Origin: an uncultured virus (IMG/VR IMGVR_UViG_3300003629_000002)
Lineage: Duplodnaviria > Heunggongvirae > Uroviricota > Caudoviricetes
Virus record (IMG/VR): IMGVR_UViG_3300003629_000002
DNA: 20,000 nt
Reading direction: 5' to 3' (one strand)
Shown one piece after another: positions 14,419 to 20,000 of this stretch (positions within the stretch are counted from its first letter, which is position 1; each line of letters starts with the position of its first letter). The notes below the pieces were generated by a model. The model ran no database searches. It was not told the DNA's origin and saw nothing but the letters and a program-made list of their open reading frames with translations. The position numbers and the translations under genes are program-made.

Positions 14419-16944
14419 ATTAATCACTTTTGTTTTCGAGTCCATATCGCTCTCCCCGGACTTACAACTTTGCCGGAAGTCATCGCTGGTGAGGACAGAC
14501 ACCCCGGCAAGTTTAGGAGTGCCGGACTCCATTTCTTCATCGTCTCCGAAAGTTGCATCCTCGAAGTTATCATTGGCAAGTCGGTCAATCATATCGCTGA
14601 TTTCCGACTCATCCTCTGCGGATACGCCTTCAACCTGACCCGCTCGCGCCTTCGCATTTGCCAAGGCGTTTAGATTGAGCGTGCCATCAGGTTCCACAAC
14701 CGGAAGCGCGAGGTCGGAGAATCGCTCCGGCGGCATCTCGCCAGTCTTCGAAACGAGGAAGTGGTTTGCAATATCCATTCGCTCATCACCCGAGAGGTCG
14801 TCCCACGACTCATCCGTAAAGTCTTCAAGGTCAGGAGCATTCCATTCCTTATCTGCTGTGGAATCCCACTCGGGTTCGTGCATCGCCTGAAGTTCTGCGT
14901 TTTCCTCGAACGACTCGGACTTCCGAATCGCCCAATCAACGCCTTCATCGCCACCCCACGCCTTCCACATCATCCAGCCACAGTCAGCCTCGCCTTCATC
15001 ATCAGACATATCAGCATTCTGACGATGACGGTTAAACTGAGCCATACGCTCGATGGTATCGCGTGAGAGTGCTTCACCTGAAGCAAGTTGATTCGCTCTT
15101 GCCCAACCAACGTCGGTTCCGCAATCATTCGGATTGCCGGTCTGCTCTCTTGCGTCAAGGGCCATCTGCGCGTTCTCCTTTGCGGCTTCAGGGTAATCGG
15201 AGTATGTTTCCTCATTTTGCGAGGAGGAACGCATCGAGAAATCAGTCTCCGAGACTGTGTTCTCCTTATGTGCGACGATTGTACCGGAACGCTTCCAGCC
15301 ATTTTCAGTTTCCTCGACAACTGCGATAAGAAGTGCATCCTCGTCTTCCGAGGCGCAAACCTTCACATCACCGTCGATTCTACTTCCGAAACAGCCTTCA
15401 GTTCTCCGGTCAACAACGACGCCGCGTGCGTCTCCGCCAGAGGATTCCCACATTACCTTATCGCCTTCTGCGGCCATCTCCTCCTCATCCTTCATATGGC
15501 CGCTTTGAACAGCGCCCTTACGGAATTTTTGAATATCGGAGAAGCCAGCAGAGATGGTGAATCCTGTCGAAATGAGTTCACCGTTCTTCATTTCGTGAAT
15601 TTCTACCATCACGATGTCACGCTTTCGGTCAACGTGAACAATCTTTCCAAAGAGTTGTGGCTCAACCTGCCATTGGACAATCATTCCATCTTCCCATTCA
15701 GGAGTAGACGGAACATCATCTTCATCTTCAGGCTCGCCGTGTGTTTCTCCTTCAGGGTTCTCCCCCTCAAGGTCACGGTTATCCTTCATCGGATGCTTCC
15801 TGTCCATCAAGTGACGGTTGAGTTCTTCTGGAAGCGCGGACAACTCCCCGGTTTCCATATAGGCCGCAAGGAACTGCTCGTGAGTTTCCCCCGGCATATA
15901 GTATGTCACTCCTTCGACTTCCATCGTGTGAGTCGCACCTTCGAGGCCGAGTTGCCGGGATTTCTCAATCGCTCGGTCCTCAGATTGGAACATAAAGTTC
16001 TCGGGAGAGATGTTTTCAGTTGAGTGCTTCTCCTCGTGCCACTCTACAAATTCCTCGTGAGTGTCACCGGGCATCCAACTGCCATCCATTTCGTGAACTC
16101 CCGTAAGGCCGTCCTTGCCTTCAATGAACGCAAGCGCCTCATCTTCGGAGTCAAACATAAAGTCCTCGGGAGGAGCATTTTCTTCCTCATCTTTGGGAGC
16201 GCCGATGTCATCTTCATCGAGGTCCCATTCATCAAGGTCGTCAAGCGAAACTTCAGATTGTTCGCCAGTCGCACGCCACTTACCGTCAATCTCCTCCATT
16301 AGTTCAACGGTAGCCGTACCATCTTCAACTTTGAAGATGATTCCGTGATTATCGTCCCATTGGACGAAATCAGACGGTTCAAATTCTTGAAGTTCTTCCA
16401 AGCCATCAGTAAATTCGGCAAGTTCTGAAATGGAGAGTTCCGAATGAGCGCCCATTTCGAGCGAGTTGCTCGGTGATGCGCCTTTCGGGACAATGGAAAG
16501 ATTGTCAAATTGAATATCTTCGACAACCTTTACACCGTCTTCTTTTTCCTCCATCTCGTCTACGTCAACGTGGTATCCACGAATAGAGACTTCAAGCAAT
16601 CCATCCTTTACCTTCTCCGCAAGTTCCTTGTCAAAGAGTTCTGCCTCGTAGATGACACCAACGTCATCCTTGTAGCCAGCCTTTGTTACACGACCCACAA
16701 CACCATTAGAGGAGTTGTTGTGGTCAACGACAAGATTCTTGCCTTGAAGTGTTTCTGCGGCTTTCGCAAGTTCTTCACCGGGCCATAATTTCTTGATTCC
16801 AGAGGAACCATGAGTCACATCACCCGAGCCGAGGGCAACACCATGAATCGTGTAAGGTGGCCCATCCTGCTCATTTTCAGATAGGTGTGCCTCACGGCGC
16901 TCAAACTCAAGAACGTTTACTGTTTCAATATTCTGAACACTCAT
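13891..16944 (-). CDS. Prohead protease-scaffold fusion with multiple inserted domains
   Basis: 1017 aa. The N-terminal ~165 aa show the capsid maturation protease pattern (IHGVAL, ELAKAAETLQGKNLVVDH, VVGRV, LEVSIRG, FDNLSIVPKGA). The C-terminus is an acidic coiled coil. The gene lies upstream of the decoration and MCP genes. Confidence 0.85.
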   Translation of the reverse strand: MSVQNIETVNVLEFERREAHLSENEQDGPPYTIHGVALGSGDVTHGSSGIKKLWPGEELAKAAETLQGKNLVVDHNNSSNGVVGRVTKAGYKDDVGVIYEAELFDKELAEKVKDGLLEVSIRGYHVDVDEMEEKEDGVKVVEDIQFDNLSIVPKGASPSNSLEMGAHSELSISELAEFTDGLEELQEFEPSDFVQWDDNHGIIFKVEDGTATVELMEEIDGKWRATGEQSEVSLDDLDEWDLDEDDIGAPKDEEENAPPEDFMFDSEDEALAFIEGKDGLTGVHEMDGSWMPGDTHEEFVEWHEEKHSTENISPENFMFQSEDRAIEKSRQLGLEGATHTMEVEGVTYYMPGETHEQFLAAYMETGELSALPEELNRHLMDRKHPMKDNRDLEGENPEGETHGEPEDEDDVPSTPEWEDGMIVQWQVEPQLFGKIVHVDRKRDIVMVEIHEMKNGELISTGFTISAGFSDIQKFRKGAVQSGHMKDEEEMAAEGDKVMWESSGGDARGVVVDRRTEGCFGSRIDGDVKVCASEDEDALLIAVVEETENGWKRSGTIVAHKENTVSETDFSMRSSSQNEETYSDYPEAAKENAQMALDAREQTGNPNDCGTDVGWARANQLASGEALSRDTIERMAQFNRHRQNADMSDDEGEADCGWMMWKAWGGDEGVDWAIRKSESFEENAELQAMHEPEWDSTADKEWNAPDLEDFTDESWDDLSGDERMDIANHFLVSKTGEMPPERFSDLALPVVEPDGTLNLNALANAKARAGQVEGVSAEDESEISDMIDRLANDNFEDATFGDDEEMESGTPKLAGVSVLTSDDFRQSCKSGESDMDSKTKVINMTELSEELQARLEELEEPVAVEETDLDELQEKANKYEDISEDISELRERTEVLDEVDRELVDELADSDEPMVIESSRYESLSDEAEQVKKVYASNLAEELGAFDAEELMEKFSIEELRSKHAEHVGDLEEELSPDPKGSDPSEEELSGDYKTEEELERDEEVSQKQEELRQKILG

Positions 16945-16978
16945 CTGTAAGCCACCTGCTCTTGACCGTTCGTAGTCA

Positions 16979-17013
16979 TTTATATCTAATGTGCGTCGTC
17001 CCGTTTATATGTA
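16979..17013 (-). promoter_or_regulatory. Tandem TA(C/G)ATATAAA boxes upstream of the protease gene
   Basis: The minus strand carries TACATATAAA (17004-17013) and TAGATATAAA (16979-16988), 25 bp apart, followed by an AGGTGG SD-like motif before the ATG at 16944. Confidence 0.4.
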
Positions 17014-17029
17014 GATTCTGTGCTACTAC

Positions 17030-17042
17030 CGAAAGACTTAAG
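17030..17042 (+). promoter_or_regulatory. Haloarchaeal BRE + TATA promoter for a leaderless transcript
   Basis: CGAAAGACTTAAG ends 24 nt before the ATG at 17067, the spacing expected for leaderless haloarchaeal mRNAs. Confidence 0.7.
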
Positions 17043-17066
17043 TGTTTGCAGTACGTATACATTATT

Positions 17067-17204
17067 ATGCCTCGTTCTAACACAGTACGATTGAGCGATG
17101 AAGAATTAGAATTACTTAAAGAATACCGAGATAATGAATATAGTGGATATGTTCCATTAGGATTTGTTATAGGGGATATAATTAAGAATAGTAAAGATGA
17201 CTGA
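17067..17204 (+). CDS. Small ribbon-helix-helix (CopG-like) DNA-binding protein
   Basis: 45 aa: MPRSNTVRLSDEELELLKEYRDNEYSGYVPLGFVIGDIIKNSKDD, a beta strand (TVRLS) followed by two helices. The start was reassigned from the ORF track's 16857 using the promoter spacing. Confidence 0.65.
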   Translation: MPRSNTVRLSDEELELLKEYRDNEYSGYVPLGFVIGDIIKNSKDD

Positions 17205-17874
17205 TACTTGCCATATATGTGGAGCGGAGCGAAAGAATTTATCTATGCATTGGTATCAATCTAATAATTGTGATTTTCCAGAACTTACAAAAGAGCAAGA
17301 AGAAATAATAGTTGGAATCTTAATGGGTGATGGCTGTATATCACGTCCCGGTACGAATCCATTATTTACTGTTGTTATGATAAATAAGAAATATTTAGAA
17401 TATATCAATAGTAAACTTGGAAAGTACGGAAAGGGAGTAGTAAAGAAAATGACAGCAGAGCAAAGCGCAGAGGAGGCAAGGAGTAGAGGATTTAGACCAG
17501 ATGCCAATTCTGAAAACTACAGCGATATATACAGACTCGATACAAGAACATCTCCAGAATTTGAGCAATTTATAGATTGGTATAAGTCTGGAAAAAAGGT
17601 ATTCCCCAATAATATTAACCTTACACCAACTGTATTAAAGAATTGGTATGTTTGTGATGGTACATATGCAAGTTACGGTGGAAAAGATAGAATAGAAATA
17701 GCCGCAACTAATGAAATAGAAAGATTTGATTCATTAGTATCAAGTTTTAAAGATATAGGATTTGATGCTCGAACAAGTGGAAAGACTATATACTTTGGAA
17801 ACCAAGAGAGTAGAAAATTATTTAAATATATGGGTAAACCATTACCGGGATTTAGAAGAAAATGGCCTGAATAA
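17197..17874 (+). CDS. Free-standing LAGLIDADG homing endonuclease with N-terminal zinc-finger-like motif
   Basis: 225 aa with two LAGLIDADG-like helices (IIVGILMGDGCI, VLKNWYVCDGT), 'WYKSGKKVFP', and N-terminal CxxC...H...C. Lys-rich protein, visibly AT-rich DNA, opposite strand to its neighbours. Confidence 0.88.
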   Translation: MTDTCHICGAERKNLSMHWYQSNNCDFPELTKEQEEIIVGILMGDGCISRPGTNPLFTVVMINKKYLEYINSKLGKYGKGVVKKMTAEQSAEEARSRGFRPDANSENYSDIYRLDTRTSPEFEQFIDWYKSGKKVFPNNINLTPTVLKNWYVCDGTYASYGGKDRIEIAATNEIERFDSLVSSFKDIGFDARTSGKTIYFGNQESRKLFKYMGKPLPGFRRKWPE

Positions 17875-17891
17875 TCTTTCGGTTTGATTCA

Positions 17892-19781
17892 TTACCAGTC
17901 TTCTTCGAGTCGCATCGTTGTCGTAAGTGTCCCACTTCCACCACTACCAAATGCGATGAGTGAGAGTGTGTTGTTCTGTCCAAAGTCTACCTTTGCATCT
18001 ACGTCAACAGCGGCTTGCGCCTGTCCTGTTCCAGACACTCGGGATGAACCTTCCCACACCTTTCGTCCAGAACCAATCCCATTGAAAGTTCCAGCCGTGG
18101 ATACTTCAAGGAGTGTCTCGTCTGCTGGTGTGAGGGATGGGTCAACGAATGTCGTGCCAGTTATATTACCATTCAACACAAGGGCGAATTTACCCGTCTC
18201 CGTGAATGAAAGGTCCATATCCTTGAAGTCGAGGCGTGCGTTTGCGTCAATTGCATCGCCTCGCCGTCGCCACGTCATAATATGTGTCCACGCATCAGCC
18301 GCATACGATGTGCTGAATCTCGTCTCAGCGGTGATACGACGCTCCTCAGACTGTTTTCCGAAGATGGAGAACTGTCGTCCACCTACTGCAATGCGGTTGT
18401 CATTTCCAGCACTCGCATTATCCATCTCAACACGCACCGGCTCATTCGGGTCAGGGATTGTCGTATCGCCGTCAATAGTGAAAGAGTGAACTGTAACTGT
18501 CTCCTGACGAGGAGTACGTCCAGAAATGGTATCAATCGTCTGTGCAACTATATCGAAGTTGACAATACCATATCCGTACCACGAGAAATTAATCTGGTAA
18601 ATGTATCCGTCTTCTGGATTGAATGGTTTGTCGAATACGTTTTCGAAGTCTTCACCGTTCCAATCAGACTCATAGATTCTGCCCTTCTCAGTACCAGTAT
18701 CTCTTACGGCGACAAATACCTCATCCTGTGAGGCGTCATAGCCGAAGTAGAATCCAGAACCGTCACCACCATTCCCGAAGTAGCCCCATCGTGCCTCACC
18801 CTCTGTAAAGTTGGCGAGGTCAGGTACTCTTACACCAACCCCTACCTGCGCAGAGTAGCCGGGAGTGTATCTCCCATAGGCAGATGTACGAAGGTCTATA
18901 GTGGAATCAGGTGTCGTCCCTGTCGAAAGTTCAATTTCACCGTTGCTGTTAGGGTTTCCGACGATGGAACCAGAGCCAGTCGAGTCAGTCTCGTCACGGA
19001 GAACCGATGTGCCGAAGGAGGAAGCAACTTCGATAAGTGTCGTCCTCTCGATAGTCTCCAAGTCTCCAAACAGCGACGTTGGTGAGCCAATCTTTATCCC
19101 TTCCTCACCCTCATTCGTTCCAATTCGTACAAAGTTGTTCCCGAGTGTATTCTTCCCGACATAATTGGCGGCATCGGGAGACGGCTCTGTACGAAGCGTG
19201 ACAACTACTGTCAGGTTAGACGTAGCGTTCCCGTTATTCTGATACCGTACACGGAATCCGTCGAGGTCTGTCTCAAACTTGAACGTCTCGAATCCAAGGT
19301 CAACAGCCTCACCTGTAAATGTCTTGGTACGAGTCGCAAGAACATCTTGCGTGCCCTGAACGTCATCGGTGTAATCTACCTTGACACCATTAAGCGCACT
19401 CGGGTTGTCAGCAGAAACGAATACTTCGATTGAGGCCCACCCGTCGCTGTCAACAAAGCCATCAGTTACCTCAATCTCCTCATCGACAGCAAGTTGTTGC
19501 TCCATCTTCGCAACCTCACCTGACTCCACATCTCCAACGAGGTCACCGTCTGGCTGGAGGCCGAACCCTCGTGTCTTCAGGTGTTCTCCGCCTTGTGGCA
19601 GATTGTCAGTATATGATGCACCCTCAAGCGCATCAATCATATCTTGAATGACAATATCTAACTCTGTTCCATCCGTATCAATCGTAATAGAGCCACCGCT
19701 ATCGTCAACCGAAACACCATCGGCATTCTCAAGAGCGTAAATTACGTCTTCAACGTACTGTAGGTCTTCCGGTGCTGGCAT
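17892..19781 (-). CDS. Large beta-rich multidomain protein, probably virion-associated
   Basis: 629-aa acidic protein rich in Gly/Thr/Ser and aromatic residues. It has a jelly-roll-like segment (WASIEVFVSAD...FRVRYQNNG) and a lectin-like C-terminal region (GRYTPG, RWGYFG, SGFYFGYD, SDWNG, YQINFSWYGYG). No function assigned. Confidence 0.55.
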   Translation of the reverse strand: MPAPEDLQYVEDVIYALENADGVSVDDSGGSITIDTDGTELDIVIQDMIDALEGASYTDNLPQGGEHLKTRGFGLQPDGDLVGDVESGEVAKMEQQLAVDEEIEVTDGFVDSDGWASIEVFVSADNPSALNGVKVDYTDDVQGTQDVLATRTKTFTGEAVDLGFETFKFETDLDGFRVRYQNNGNATSNLTVVVTLRTEPSPDAANYVGKNTLGNNFVRIGTNEGEEGIKIGSPTSLFGDLETIERTTLIEVASSFGTSVLRDETDSTGSGSIVGNPNSNGEIELSTGTTPDSTIDLRTSAYGRYTPGYSAQVGVGVRVPDLANFTEGEARWGYFGNGGDGSGFYFGYDASQDEVFVAVRDTGTEKGRIYESDWNGEDFENVFDKPFNPEDGYIYQINFSWYGYGIVNFDIVAQTIDTISGRTPRQETVTVHSFTIDGDTTIPDPNEPVRVEMDNASAGNDNRIAVGGRQFSIFGKQSEERRITAETRFSTSYAADAWTHIMTWRRRGDAIDANARLDFKDMDLSFTETGKFALVLNGNITGTTFVDPSLTPADETLLEVSTAGTFNGIGSGRKVWEGSSRVSGTGQAQAAVDVDAKVDFGQNNTLSLIAFGSGGSGTLTTTMRLEEDW

Positions 19782-19783
19782 AA

Positions 19784-20000
19784 TTAATTGCTATCCATTC
19801 TGTACGCGGTCACACTTCCAGAAGTAGGCGACGTGGATGCAGTTACCGATAGTTCAACCTTATCCCACGGCTCGCTGATAGCGATATAGCCAGAGCCGCC
19901 TGCCGCAACTGCTTCACTTGAAAGTTCTACACCTTCCGAAAAGTCAGCGTCTCCTGCTCTGCTACCAGTAATTGCAAATGTTACTTCAGCGTCAGTACCA
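19784..20000 (-). CDS. Hypothetical beta-rich protein, C-terminal part (partial)
   Basis: Hand translation is open to the window edge: ...GTDAEVTFAITGSRAGDADFSEGVELSSEAVAAGGSGYIAISEPWDKVELSVTASTSPTSGSVTAYRMDSN*. The stop at 19784-19786 lies 2 nt before the next ATG. Confidence 0.7.
   Translation of the reverse strand, partial: GTDAEVTFAITGSRAGDADFSEGVELSSEAVAAGGSGYIAISEPWDKVELSVTASTSPTSGSVTAYRMDSN

Larger units (their letters stand above)
17030..17874 (+). mobile_element. AT-rich homing endonuclease cassette (promoter + RHH + LAGLIDADG)
   Basis: Abrupt change in base composition and strand inside an otherwise co-oriented structural operon. Confidence 0.65.

Noticed and set aside
15088..16023. 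311-aa plus-strand ORF
   Set aside because: Antisense shadow of the protease gene, with non-acidic composition, no motifs and no promoter.
14560..16400. Intein as the explanation for the protease length
   Set aside because: No C/S...HN-C/S/T splice junctions or LAGLIDADG blocks seen; the inserts are small separate modules.
16857..17066. N-terminal 70 codons of the 115-aa plus-strand ORF
   Set aside because: They overlap the protease start and the promoter region; promoter spacing points to the ATG at 17067.
17197..17874. Intein- or intron-encoded endonuclease
   Set aside because: It has its own start, stop and promoter on the opposite strand, shows no intein splice motifs, and does not interrupt any gene.
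17884..18489. 201-aa plus-strand ORF and other Ser-rich antisense ORFs throughout the window
   Set aside because: Expected by-products of acidic codon usage on the opposite strand.
1..20000. tRNA, rRNA, CRISPR array, integrase or transposase
   Set aside because: None recognised by eye. The multi-hairpin element lacks tRNA T-loop and anticodon-arm geometry.

Overview
This 20 kb window is the virion morphogenesis module of a tailed virus with a contractile tail (myovirus, Caudoviricetes). The host is very probably a halophilic archaeon, judging from the strongly acidic proteins, GGTGA Shine-Dalgarno motifs and CGAAA-TTAAG BRE/TATA promoters. Almost all genes are on the minus strand. In transcription order they are: a partial beta-rich ORF, a 629-aa beta-rich protein, a 1017-aa multidomain prohead protease/scaffold, a decoration protein, an HK97-type major capsid protein, three neck genes, tail sheath, tail tube, tail assembly chaperone, tape measure protein, tube initiator, hub, spike, PAAR-like tip, gp25-like, baseplate J-like and a partial gpI-like wedge gene. 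An AT-rich plus-strand cassette (RHH protein plus free-standing LAGLIDADG homing endonuclease, with its own promoter) sits upstream of the protease. The main unexplained signals are: (1) a compact multi-helix structured element between the tube and chaperone genes; (2) a protease carrying about seven inserted modules, recurring E-L/M/N linker motifs and a probable nested scaffold start preceded by RNA stems; (3) an unannotated -1 frame extension of the tail chaperone; (4) nested domain insertions in baseplate J; (5) an internal BRE/TATA promoter in the baseplate cluster. Protein calls rest on recognised motifs and gene order, not on database searches.
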